The translations under genes were made by a program, and so were the position numbers. Of a DNA stretch of 64,000 nt, positions 49,480-61,845 are shown piece by piece. Under the pieces are notes generated by a model. That model had not been told where the DNA came from. It ran no database searches and saw nothing but the letters and a program-made list of their open reading frames with translations. Each line of letters starts with the position of its first letter. Within the stretch, counting starts at the first letter, position 1. The DNA comes from Octopus bimaculoides (lineage: Eukaryota), in assembly GCF_001194135.2 (NCBI RefSeq), contig NC_068982.1, forward strand, positions 86,118,629 through 86,182,628, read 5' to 3'.

Positions 49480-52400
49480 CTCCTCCTTCATGGTGGAGGA
49501 GCTTACACAGACCAATGACTCAGAGGAATGCCATCAGGAGTTCTAAGCTTCTGGTAGGGCCACTCTTAGCAGCATGGTCAAAGATGAAGACCCAGACTAA
49601 GTACAAATGACCCCCTGAAGACCCCAATGGTGGAACAAGTGGATGAGGATTACAAAAGATCTCAACAGTTGAACCAGTGGATGAAAAACAGGGCTATGCA
49701 TGACAGACATGATACAGAAGGTAGCACTTGAAACCATAGCCTCGTCAGTAGCAGTACATTGCAGTTTCATAACTGGAGCTTGCATGTCTTGGTCGATATG
49801 TACTGCCGAGGAAAGTCGTGAAATCAAATATGTGGGCCACTTTCTAGCAAGCTGAAGTCTACCTTAAACAAATTGACACCATCAGCACTTCAATTTTCTT
49901 TTCCTTCACCTTCAATCAACTCTTGCAAAGTGCAATGGCAATATGGAATCGATGATGGGAGCAAGTTTTGGTGAAACTGGAAGCTTCTAGTTCTGAATCT
50001 GCATGTTGGCAGTGATGTGTGATGGTGACCCTCCTAAGATCCAATGACTACTTAGGAGTCTGGTTGTGCATTTGCATCTGGGAAGGCCTGATTAGGAATA
50101 TCACTGCCCACCTCAATGTAGAAAGGTCCTAGAAAAGGTTGACCAAACATCAGAAGTCACTACCACTGTCTGGCTGAGTAGCCACACCTGGCAGGCCACC
50201 TATCATGCAGTCAAAACAACAAACTTAAAACTATCAATATGATCCTTGGAATGGGGAATGTTAGAACTCTTCTCAACATTGACAAAACCAACAGACCAGA
50301 AAGATGCACTGCTCTAGTCTCAAAAGAACTGGCTAGACTCAATGTGAACATTACAACCTTAAGTGAAACACGGCTTTCAGGAGTGGGAAGACTTGAAGAA
50401 ACTGATTCTGGCTATACATTGTTTTGGAAAGGCAAATATGAAGGGGAGGGAAGAATACAAGGAGTCATTTTTGCTATTAACATCAACTGCCATCAACGAA
50501 TAGCTAATGACTCTTTGTTTCCCACTTCCTAAAGAGAATTACATTACTCTCATTTCTGCTTAGGCTCCAACTCTTGATGCTGATGAAGAAGCAAAGTATC
50601 AATTTTACCAACAATTAAATAACATCATTGTCAACATACCACCAAAGGATAAATTCTTATTAGTAGGGAGATTTCAATGCAAGGGTAGGAAAAGATCATC
50701 ACCTATAAGAAAATTTCATTGGTAAAGGAGTTGGGAATTGCAACTCCAACAGACATCTGTTATTAGGTCTATGCATGAAACAGATACACAGCTTCAACCT
50801 CCAACTTGCTTCAATATCACATGAATGCATCCTGGTCCAAACATTGGCATCTGATAGACTATGCCATCATACAGTAACAAGATAAAAGAGACATCCTCAT
50901 CACCAAGGCAGGCCTCAATACCAACAACTGCTGGACAGATCATCGCTTTGTTACCACATGCATGAGAATCATTATTCATCAAGAATGCAACATCAACCCC
51001 ATCTCATAGACTAGAGATCCATTTGTGATAGAAACAAAAACAGCAAACACTGTTATCAGCTTCACCAAGACTAAAAATCAGAACTGGTTTTATGAAAACA
51101 ATATTGAAATCAACAACCTCATTGAAGCAAACAAAAAAATGCTCGTTTGGCTCATGAAAAAGGTTAAAGATCCAAACTCAAAAAGAAGCATTTCCAGAAG
51201 CTAAAACAGGAGTGTGAAACAAAACTAAGAGAACTGTAGAATCTTTGGTGCTAACGAAAAGCAGTTGAACTTCAGGGTTATTCAAATGCAAGTGATCCCA
51301 GAAATTTCTATGTTGGAATGAAACAACTGTGTGGACCAGTACAAAACATCAAATGGATCCCTTCTAGCAGCTGACAATACAAACATACTAATCAATCCAC
51401 AAGATATACTCCTACACTGGAAGGAACGTTTTCCACCCTCCTAAATAGAAACTCCTTTGCTTCATGCAAGCTATGAAACAAATGAAATCAAAAATATGTC
51501 TCCAGGCCCAGATAACAACCCTTTCAGACTGATCAAACATGGAGGCTTATACTTGCAAACCTGCATCTTCACCCTCAACCTGAACATGTGGGAATCCCAA
51601 CACATTCCTGAAGAACTGAAAGGTGCAGTCATCATAATCATCTTCCAAAAAGGTGATAGAAAAGCCTGTGGGAAAACTATAAATGAACATCATTACTTTC
51701 CATCACTGGAAGAGTCTTTGCCAGGATCGTTCTAAATCAGCTCCAAGCCATCATTGAAATGGCCCACCAGAATCTCAGTGTGGATTCCATGCCTCTCATA
51801 GCCCAATTGACATGGTCTTCTGTGCAAGGCAACTTCAAGAGAAAATCGGGGAACAACAAAAACCCACTTTCTTTGTTTTCTATGACTTAGAAAAGGCCTT
51901 TGGTAACATTCCAAAAGCTACTCTGTGGAAGGTTCTTCATCATTTTGGATGTTCCAACTATCTAACCTCTGTGGTTCAAGCAATGCATAACAGTATGTCA
52001 GGACATGTATTCCACCAAATAAACTGCCGGAAGAATTTCCTGTCATGTGTAGTCTAAAACAAGGATGCATCTTGGCACCCACCATATTCTCCTGGTACCT
52101 TGCTGCAATGCTTCACAAACTTCCTCCAGATAAGCCAGGAGTTGACATTCAGATATTGATATGATGGAGAACTCTTCATCTTACCATTCTTTGATTTAAA
52201 CATCTGTCACAAAGCAAAACATCTCAGAACTTCAAGATGCTAATGACAACACTACCCTCTGTCATTCAAAAGAAGAACAACTATGGCCTACCATGGCTTT
52301 GACCTTACAGTAAACATCAAGAAAACCAAAGTCCTTGTACAGCCAGCCATAAATACCATCTTATTAGATTTGATATTACCATCACTGAATTTTTATATTA

Positions 52401-53130
52401 CTGTCTTTAGACAGCCTTTTATCAAACAAGTGCACCCAGAAAACTATGTGGAACACCAAACTGGAGCTGCACATGGGGCATTTGGAAAACCAATCAAATG
52501 CATCATTAACAACAAGACCTGAACTTAAAAATGATGGTCTATAATACTGTTGTCATTTCAATCTTGCTATATAGTTGCAAAACCTGGACTCTATATCATT
52601 GCAACACCAAAAACTTAGAAAGCTTTCACCATCAAAAGCTTCATTCAATCTTGAATATCAAATGGGAATACTACATGACCAACAACAAAGTCTGAGAAGG
52701 ATCCAACAGTTAAAGCATCAAATCATTGATCAATATGATCAGGACATGTAGCAGGAAGGGAAAAGTCAAGGCTCCCCCTTCAAGTCTTATTCAGCAAGCT
52801 CACTTCAGGGAAAAGACCATGGGGTTGCCCTCTTCAAAAATACAAGGACCAACTCAAAGCAACTGGACTTGAAATTAAATTGTTTGAAACACAAGCTTGA
52901 GACCATACCAACTGGTGGTATTCCATCACCATCAGAACAAAAATCTTTGAAACCATCAGAAGAGAAAAGGAAGAAGTCAAACAGCAAGAGAGAAAAAGCT
53001 CAACAAAATCAACCTCATCCTCCATCAACATTACCATGCAGTCAATGCCATTGACTCTTCTACGCAAGAATTGGTCTACTTGGTCATCAATACCATCACC
53101 ATAAAGGAAACAATCAAGAAAGAAGAAATT
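49480..53130 (+). mobile_element. BovB-like RTE LINE, near full length, heavily decayed
   Basis: 5' UTR CCTTCATGGTGGAGGAGCTT..AGGGCCAC; GNVRTL..NRPERCTALVSKELARLNV..LSETR; MVFCARQLQEK..YDLEKAF; KQGCILAP; C-terminal CSQC..IGLLGH. Confidence 0.85.
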
Positions 53131-54639
53131 AGATTCTTGGATACAAGATAAAGCTGATGACGATATTCTGCAAGTCTTCAAAGTCTCTTGTCGACTAGTT
53201 TATGTATTTTGGGTAATACATTTTGAAACAAACAATATTATTGGTGCTTGCAATGAGACACAAAGTTTATGATTTGGAAGTTGTGATGGACAAGTGAAAT
53301 TGATTTTTGTTTCTTTATTATACTGGTCCTCTTAAAGAGAAACCTTGCTTAAAACAATAGCCTTTATCCTCACATACACACCAAAAAGTCATTCAACTTT
53401 ATTTTCAATCTTAGCTCAAAAGAGGCTAAGATGATTTGGTTTTAAATGGAAAAAAAAAAATTTAAGAAACTAAACTATAGCTACAAGGAGCAAATGATAA
53501 CCAATAAAATAAAGGATTTGTTTTACAAACAAACAATAAAAGGTTATTAAAATTAATTATATATCAAAAAAATATTTTAATACTAATGTTATTAATAAAA
53601 AAACAAATTTACTTTGTTTTAATTTTTCTTCTTTTACTATTACAGAAACTTCAGAAATACATAAATATTATAACTTCACATTATTACTCTCCTATAAATT
53701 AAGTAATCAATTTGAAAAATATCACAGTTGTCAATGTCACTCCCACCATTTTCCTACTGATCTTCATTATTGTCATAGTCACTATTCTTATCTAAATGCC
53801 CATATTGCCTAAAAATACTTGGATATAAAATGAAAACATCTGCATTTTGAATTCTTGAAATAGCTTCACATCTACAGTTAATATCTACAAAGTAAACATC
53901 TTTTAGTATTAAAATTATAATATTCTGCTTATTTTAGCTAAATCTACATAATAAAACATAATAAAGAATATTAATTTGATAGTTTAAAATATTTTGCTCA
54001 CCAAAGAAAGATTAAATAGTCTCTGAAGAATGAATAATCCTATTTCATATTTTCTCTCATCTTTATTGGCTTGCTTTTTGTTTCATTTTATTTTTATTTT
54101 ACAAATATCTTTCAAGAGTATCCTTTATTATTTATAAGTATCAGTTTTGATGATTTTTTTTTTCCTGATTGTGAGTTTGAATTGTAGTTTTCTTCTTAGC
54201 AATATATACTAAAAAATAGCAGCATTTGAAGTACAGTAAACTATGTAAATATAAATAAACCGTTTTATCAATACTTCCTCTAACTGGCTATCTTTTTCCT
54301 CATTGGCAAGTTGCTTGGCTGACAGTGAACAAATTCAAGCAGCAGCAGTGAAATAGAAGTTGGTTACTCTAAATAAAGAAGCTTGTTTTAAACTGATAAC
54401 AATTAACATCTACAGCCTGTTCAAGTTGTTCAAATTATGTACTTAAAAAAAACAATAACTCTATAACATATCTTTATATACCAATGAATATAGCTAACAT
54501 GAATTGAAAGATGTAATTTTGTTTTAATTTTTTATAAGGATGTAGAAAATGGCCAAAAGGATAAGATGTAGCTATATAATTAAAGCTTCAAAACTTCATG
54601 AAAATTCACATTATTTTAAAGTTTGTTTTATATATTTAT

Positions 54640-54850
54640 TTCTTTTACATGTTTCAGACATTGGGCATGTTGGGGTACTGCCTTGAATGGTTTTTGCCAA
54701 ACAAATAGATCCAGTAATTAATTTTTTTTAAGCCTCATGTATATTCCATCAATTTCTTAGGCTGAACCACCAAGTTACAGGGATGTAAACAAATGAATAG
54801 TGACTGCCAAGCAGTGATGGGCTACAAACAAAACCACAAAGACACACATA
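54640..54850 (-). mobile_element. Degenerate SINE tail half
   Basis: TTTTACATGTTTCAGACATTGGGCATG..GCTGAACCACCAAGTTACAGGGATGTAAAC. Confidence 0.6.
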
Positions 54851-54899
54851 GATGCAAGCAAGCCATTAACCATTTGCACACATTTCTCACCCACAAATG

Positions 54900-55830
54900 G
54901 ACACCCGTGAGAACTACTATATGCTGATGACCTTGTTCTTAAAGCAGAATCTGCAGCAACATTGGAAAAGAAACTCCAGGTATGAAAACAAAACCTGGAA
55001 CCAAAGGGCCAAAGTTGTAATCAGCAATAAAGTAAATAAGACACTCTTTCTGTCAGGTTAATGGTCCTGCTCAATATGTAAGAAACATATTAGAAGAAAT
55101 TCCATTCAATACACCAAGTGAAAGCAATGGACATATACAAGGTGCAGTGGAATCACAGACAGGTTATCAATAAAAGCAGTCTCTGTATGTGGCAGATAAC
55201 CAGAAACAATAAGCACTATGGACACATGGGAATTAAATTTTCTCAAATACCCAGGAGGCTCCCTAGAGGTTGCAGATAGTTTCTGTTAGCTAAATAACCA
55301 AATTAGCAGTGGAGGATGATATTCTGAAAGTAGAGTTGCTAAGATAAGAATAGGATGGAGAAAATTCAGAGAACTATTACCTCTGATGACAACAGAAACT
55401 TTTCACTTAGAATAAAAGGCAGATTGTATAATGCTTGTGTACAAATGGCTGTTTCTTACTAGTGAAATGTGGGTTCTGAATGCAGAGGACATGCAAAAAC
55501 TGGAGAGGAATGAAACTAGTATGTTATGATGGATGTGAAACATCAGAGAACATGTATCACAAAAGAGAAAATGTGTTGTTAGAAAAGTTAGGCATAAGAG
55601 GAATCAGATGTAGCAAGCAAGAAAGAAGACTGTAAGGTTTGGTTATGTGATCCATATGGATAAAGAAAGCTGATCACTTAAAGTGGATTGTCCCTACAAA
55701 AGAAAACGACATGTGTGGGATGATGTAGTGAGAGCTGGTCTCAAGATATTGAGTCTTATGGAGGACATTACAATGGACTAGGATGTCTGACAATATGAGA
55801 TTCTTGAGAAGTCCCACCCTCCTCAGCCAA
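54900..55830 (+). mobile_element. RTE-type LINE (PHD family) copy F, 3' part
   Basis: ELLYADDLVL, WSCSICKK..VCGR, KIRIGWRKFRELLPL. Confidence 0.8.
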
Positions 55831-56384
55831 ACTGAGTTCTGGAACCATCGTGTATTGTGTGCTCTCCAACCAAACATTACATTAATTCCTCCCTTCACAC
55901 CAATGACCCAAACTACATCTCATCATGTACTATGCTTGACTCTGTTCCCCCTGATCCAGCAGCCCAACCATGCCTTGTCATCTCCCTCTCTTGTCCTCTA
56001 CCCTTGCCAACTATACCTCTTCTCTCTACATATGCAACCCCTATATGCATATATGTGTGTGTTCATCACCCTGTAGTGCATTATCTCCCTCCTTCCCTTT
56101 ATCTCCTACTCTTCTTTTGCACTCTCATGAGCTCCCTGCTTACTCATCCTGACCAAACCTCTGTATCATTTCACTCACCTCTCTATACCTTGAGGATATG
56201 CTCAGTCACATTTTCACCACCATCTTTTCTCCCTCCCCTCTCTCTCTCTCTCCTCCAACAGGGATAACCATGTATCACCTCTACATAAAAAAACCTGCTT
56301 CTGTCCCTCTATCATAGTTTAATTACTAATCACCTGGCACAAAGCCAACTCCCTCAATACTACTCTTCCTCTCAGTTGAGAGGT

Positions 56385-56595
56385 CTTTATCTTGCAAGTT
56401 ACTTGATGACCTAGTCAGTGCTGGTGCCTCATAAAAAAGCATCCAGTATACTCTGTAAAGTGGTTGACATTACGAAGAGCCTCCAATTATAGAAACCCTG
56501 CCAAAGCAGACAGTAAAGCTTAATGTGGTCCTTGGACTCACCAGCTCCCTGTCTAGCCCATGCCAACATGGAAAACAGCCATCAAATGATGATTA
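56385..56595 (+). mobile_element. RTE-family 3' tail fragment
   Basis: CAAGTTACTTGATGACC..CCCATGCCAACATGGAAAACAGCCATCAAATGATGAT. Confidence 0.65.
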
Positions 56596-56649
56596 CAACA
56601 ATAACGGTGACTGAAGAATATAGTATTACCGTATAGGAACAAGAAATAA

Positions 56650-57120
56650 CAAATGAAATACAGACACACAAAAGTAATAGGGATACAGGTAAGCCATCTA
56701 GATGTGACAACCAATGCAAATTATGTGGAATTAATGTTGAGGATATAACCACCTTATAAGCATCTGTCTGAAAATGTCACCATGGTAACATCTGTTTCTG
56801 AGACATGATGTTTAAGCCTACTTTTTAGGTATAGTACAATGCAATCTTTAGGAAGGACTAACTTGAGGAACAAAATAAAAAGTCACACTGATGAAAGAAT
56901 ACTGGAAGAATATTCTGGTCTAAGTAAATGCAAGTATAACAGACCAGGCATAATTATCTAGGACACAGGAACAGAAATTGTATCGTATTCTGAATAAATG
57001 AGAAATCTGCAGTTATTTAACCTCAACAAAAGCTTTAGAATAATTGTGATAATCACTGGGACACTTGGATAAATAAGTAAATCCTCAATGCCCATCTTGA
57101 AAGCTAGGCTTTACAAAATC
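56650..57120 (+). mobile_element. R4/Dong-type 3' fragment (CCHC plus RLE)
   Basis: CDNQCKLCGINVEDI, LRHDV, CKYNRPGIII. Confidence 0.65.
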
Positions 57121-57444
57121 AAAGAGGAAATGGCTAATTAGAAAATTACAAATGCAGGCTTTGTGAAAATGTACAAAAAACTCAAATTTAGAATGTAATA
57201 AGTGCATACACGTGCATGCAGCCATAAGTATATGTACTTATACTTAAGTCAAAACAAAATGACCTGATCGTCAGTGACATCAGTGACAAAAGAAAATGAT
57301 CTGATCATGCAGTGATATCCCTCAATCATATGTATGTGCATGCATGTACATACATAATATGCATATATACATAGATATATGCATGCATAAATATACATAC
57401 ATACATCATAATTTTTACATTTCTCTACACTTGCATGGAATATA

Positions 57445-58658
57445 CAGGGTGTGTAAGGTATTTGAGGATACAACTTTTGGGGGTTATTGCTGCATTTTTT
57501 CCTAACTCTGTATAATCTTTGTTTCAGAAAATAATAATGGCAGACCCTCAGCTTACTCAGGAAATGAAGACGCTTGCTGTTATTGTCGTTATAAAGGCTG
57601 AGCAGAGAGATTTAGAAATATCTCGATTTTTTTAAAGTTGCCAGATCTTTCATCTACAAAGTTTGTAAGGAGCTAGAGACTGAAGATGGAAATATATCAC
57701 CAGTATCAAAGCATAAAAGGCATTCTAAATGCTCTGAAATCATCAGAGCACCTGAATTTATCCAACAAGTTCAACAGACCATCGATTACACTCACAGAAA
57801 GTTCATGAGGTCAATTGCAAAATATCTCCATGTATCAGAAGGAACAGTCAGAAATGTTGTCCACAAAGACACCAGATATAAGTCTTCTATGATGAGGAAA
57901 GGTCAATTTGTCAGTAAAAGCAGAAGAAAAAAAATCACTACATCAGATCTAAAAGGCTCTTAAACAAACTGAAAAATCCAGTAGAAGATCTGATGTGGTT
58001 GTTCTTAAACGAGAAAAACTTTGACCAAGATCAAAAAGTTAACAGAAGAAATGACAGATGGTTATGTGCAGATCCTTCTGATGTCACAAGTGTTATGCAT
58101 ACAAAATTTCCTGCAACTGTCAGGGTCTTAGGGATTGTCAGCAATGAAGAACATGTGATGCCTCCTTACTTCTTTCCACAAGGCCTCAAAATTAACTCTG
58201 CCACCTACATTGAGGTCCTGGAAATAATTGTTACGCCCTGGATAGACAGTGTATGCAATGGAAGGCCATATATGTTTCAGTAAGACTCTGCACTATCATA
58301 CATGGCTCTAGTAACACAGGAATGGATGGCTGAAAATTTTCATGATCACATAACCCCTAACATTTGGCCTTCTAAATCCCCAGATCTCAATTCATTGGAC
58401 TATTACATGTGGAGCACCAAAGATTCTTTGAAAGCTGCCATAGTCAGAATAATGTCCAAAATGAACCAGGACCACTTGATTTGAGTATGTAGATGATTTA
58501 GATCTCATATAGAAGCAGTTGTGGCTTTATTGAATAACATTATAGAAAAGAAGATTTATTTTTATTCTCATAGCAGTTTTTGATAAATAAAGTTGTTATC
58601 TATTATCATATATCAGTTTTTTTATAAACAAAAATCTGTCCACAAATATCTTACGCAC

Positions 58659-58662
<4 letters not shown>
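57445..58662 (+). mobile_element. DD37D (maT-like) transposon, near full length
   Basis: TA plus TIR CAGGGTGTGTAAGGTATTTGAGGA; 3' TCCACAAATATCTTACGCACCATG; exactly 37 residues between QxDSA and SPDLNSLD; stops and frameshifts. Confidence 0.9.
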
Positions 58663-58701
<39 letters not shown>

Positions 58702-58704
<3 letters not shown>

Positions 58705-58856
58705 GGAAACATTTTGAATATGCATATAAAAGCTCCTATTCTATTATGCCGGCTACAGCCTAATGATATCAAGTAGTGGTACCAGTTAATATCATTAGGC
58801 TGTAGCTGGCATAATAGAATAGGAGCTTTTATATGTATATTCAAAATGTTTCCCAT
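58702..58856. repeat. Near-perfect 68-bp inverted repeat with 19-nt spacer
   Basis: 58702-58769 versus 58789-58856 differ at only two positions. Confidence 0.95.
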
Positions 58857-60784
58857 TTTGGGGGGGTTGCACCAAACTGTGACGATAAAATGTAGGATAA
58901 ATATACTAATAATAATACCGAGATGGAATTTATAAACATTTAATGCATTACAATGCACTAAAATATTTATAAATTTCATCCAAGGATTATTATTATTACT
59001 TTATACATCTATCTATCTATCTATCTAAAGATTTAGATTTAGATTCAAAATTGAATATGGTACTTATGTTTAGGCACCAGAATATAGTATGGTATTATCC
59101 AAAAACCATTCTAAAAGCGAGGTGATCAAAAAATCAAAATAAGCAGCACGGATTTTAAAGATGATTGCAGTACGCACGTTTCATGCTACTCCATTTATTT
59201 AAGTAATGCGAGCATTACATTAAATGCAATATGTAGAGCAATCTTCAGTTGCACAAAAATGTAGAAAGTTACAGTAGAATAGACATATTATAATTGTGGC
59301 AACATTTAAAATCCAAGTGGGAAGAAGAATACATAAAAATCCATCTTGACATAGCCAAGGCTATAAGGCTAGTAATTANNNNNNNNNNNNNNNNNNNNNN
59401 NNNNNNNNNNNNNNNNNNNNNNNNNNNNNNNNNNNNNNNNNNNNNNNNNNNNNNNNNNNNNNNNNNNNNNNNNNNNNNNNNNNNNNNNNNNNNNNNNNNN
59501 NNNNNNNNNNNNNNNNNNNNNNNNNNNNNNNNNNNNNNNNNNNNNNNNNNNNNNNNNNNNNNNNNNNNNNNNNNNNNNNNNNNNNNNNNNNNNNNNNNNN
59601 NNNNNNNNNNNNNNNNNNNNNNNNNNNNNNNNNNNNNNNNNNNNNNNNNNNNNNNNNNNNNNNNNNNNNNNNNNNNNNNNNNNNNNNNNNNNNNNNNNNN
59701 NNNNNNNNNNNNNNNNNNNNNNNNNNNNNNNNNNNNNNNNNNNNNNNNNNNNNNNNNNNNNNNNNNNNNNNNNNNNNNNNNNNNNNNNNNNNNNNNNNNN
59801 NNNNNNNNNNNNNNNNNNNNNNNNNNNNNNNNNNNNNNNNNNNNNNNNNNNNNNNNNNNNNNNNNNNNNNNNNNNNNNNNNNNNNNNNNNNNNNNNNNNN
59901 NNNNNNNNNNNNNNNNNNNNNNNNNNNNNNNNNNNNNNNNNNNNNNNNNNNNNNNNNNNNNNNNNNNNNNNNNNNNNNNNNNNNNNNNNNNNNNNNNNNN
60001 NNNNNNNNNNNNNNNNNNNNNNNNNNNNNNNNNNNNNNNNNNNNNNNNNNNNNNNNNNNNNNNNNNNNNNNNNNNNNNNNNNNNNNNNNNNNNNNNNNNN
60101 NNNNNNNNNNNNNNNNNNNNNNNNNNNNNNNNNNNNNNNNNNNNNNNNNNNNNNNNNNNNNNNNNNNNNNNNNNNNNNNNNNNNNNNNNNNNNNNNNNNN
60201 NNNNNNNNNNNNNNNNNNNNNNNNNNNNNNNNNNNNNNNNNNNNNNNNNNNNNNNNNNNNNNNNNNNNNNNNNNNNNNNNNNNNNNNNNNNNNNNNNNNN
60301 NNNNNNNNNNNNNNNNNNNNNNNNNNNNNNNNNNNNNNNNNNNNNNNAAAGCAATACACGTGAATATCATTTCATAGAAGTTAAAAAAGTTAAAATTAAT
60401 ACGAATAAAAATTAATACGGAAGGAGTAAAAATTTCAAATATATAATATAATATAAGTCGATATAGTAAAATAAAATGACATGAAGAAATGAGGTACCAT
60501 AAAGTAGTCTATCGGTTGAAAAAACAAGGACAGAAGTGATTTAACACCACTTAGAATTAAAAGTTCAAAGTTCTTCAACTCCCTCGGGCACATTTCACAC
60601 CTCAAAACCAGTAGACACCAAAAAGGCAAGTTTGCACCAATCCGGCACACACAAGAGCAAACAACAGGCACCCAGCAGGTATCAGCAGGCAAAGTTCAAT
60701 TCCGTTCACCACACATGAGTCAAAAACAGTTACAGCACACCACAGGTATCGATCAGTAAAAACAATTTCACGAATTTCATACAA

Positions 60785-60867
60785 TACCTATGGCCATTTC
60801 GGAGGTACACCACTGTATTTCAAAACACAATAGAGTGTAAATTGGTGATGACCCCCTCATCAGGGTA
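60785..60867 (-). ncRNA. Type I hammerhead ribozyme with extended stem II and palindromic stem III
   Basis: TACC-CTGATGA-GGGGGT..(44 nt)..ACCTCC-GAA-ATGGCCAT-A-GGTA. Confidence 0.85.
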
Positions 60868-61094
60868 AACACACGTACAAAGTCAAGACATGCACAAGGG
60901 AAAAAAGAGAAAATGATTTCTATAAAGAGCAAATATATATAAACAAAATGGACCAGCCTATGTAAATAATTGGAGGATTCAAAAAAAAAAAAAAAAAAAA
61001 AAAGGTGCCGTTTTAGAATAGCCAAACAAGCTGCAGTATCAAAACCAATCTACAAGGTTTCAATTCACCCTAACGTAAACTATTACACTTGTTA

Positions 61095-61604
61095 TTATTT
61101 ATTACTTTTAAACTTATTTTTATCTCTATACAATTTCAGGAAGGTGGAGGAAAACTTATGGTTGCAGAAAGGGACTACCTCAGTGAACTTATTCAGGGTT
61201 TTTGGTTCAAAAAACCTGAGAATCACAAGGAATTCCCTAATACATAAAGAACATTTGCTAATATTTGTCTTAAAGTATGGGGCCCTCACTATAATAGATC
61301 ATTCAAGAGAGTACTTTATCTTCTTCTTGAGGTCATGTAGATAAGAGGCGAGTGTGGTAGAGTTACTGTATTTTTCCAATGAAAACGAACTCATATGCGC
61401 TCTATATCTAGCCTTAAAGTTCTTCGTACTTCCTATATAGAACCTATCTAGTTTGTTCTTATCCCTGACGGTGCACTTATATATCACATTTGTACATAAA
61501 CAGAGCCCTCCCAAAGGACATAATAGAGGGTCAGGGGCTCTACAATTACATAATTTACATTGGCCACCTCTAATTTTATTTAACTTAGTTTTTTTCAGTT
61601 TCAT
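61095..61604 (-). pseudogene. GIY-YIG endonuclease domain with one in-frame TGA (61299-61301)
   Basis: ORFs 61299-61604 and 61095-61289 lie in the same frame across KYSLE*SII. Confidence 0.8.
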
Positions 61605-61795
61605 GTTATCGGTTGAAACAATATATTCGTGTATAAAAATTTTATACTATATGATATATTTTTATTGCATTATTTTTCTTGCGTTATTTCTCCTTATTCC
61701 TTATGTTTGACAGATTATGCTGTATTTCTTATATATGTTCATTGAGGGAGTGTGAGATGTTGAGTCGTTAACCCAGTCTTTTTATTCTTTAACTA

Positions 61796-61839
<44 letters not shown>

Positions 61840-61845
61840 TACATA

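Larger units (their letters stand above)
60348..61800 (-). mobile_element. Naiad-type PLE 3' part: GIY-YIG, 3' UTR and pseudo-LTR with hammerhead
   Basis: AIKI-SYS, CNCR..CPLGGLCL..VIYKCTV..FYIGST..FKARYRAH..NSTTL..CSLC..LNK..CNH; the 5' break abuts (TA)n. Confidence 0.88.

Noticed and set aside
53700-54340. Several short open stretches with single good splice sites
   Set aside because: No consistent acceptor-donor-phase chain could be built.
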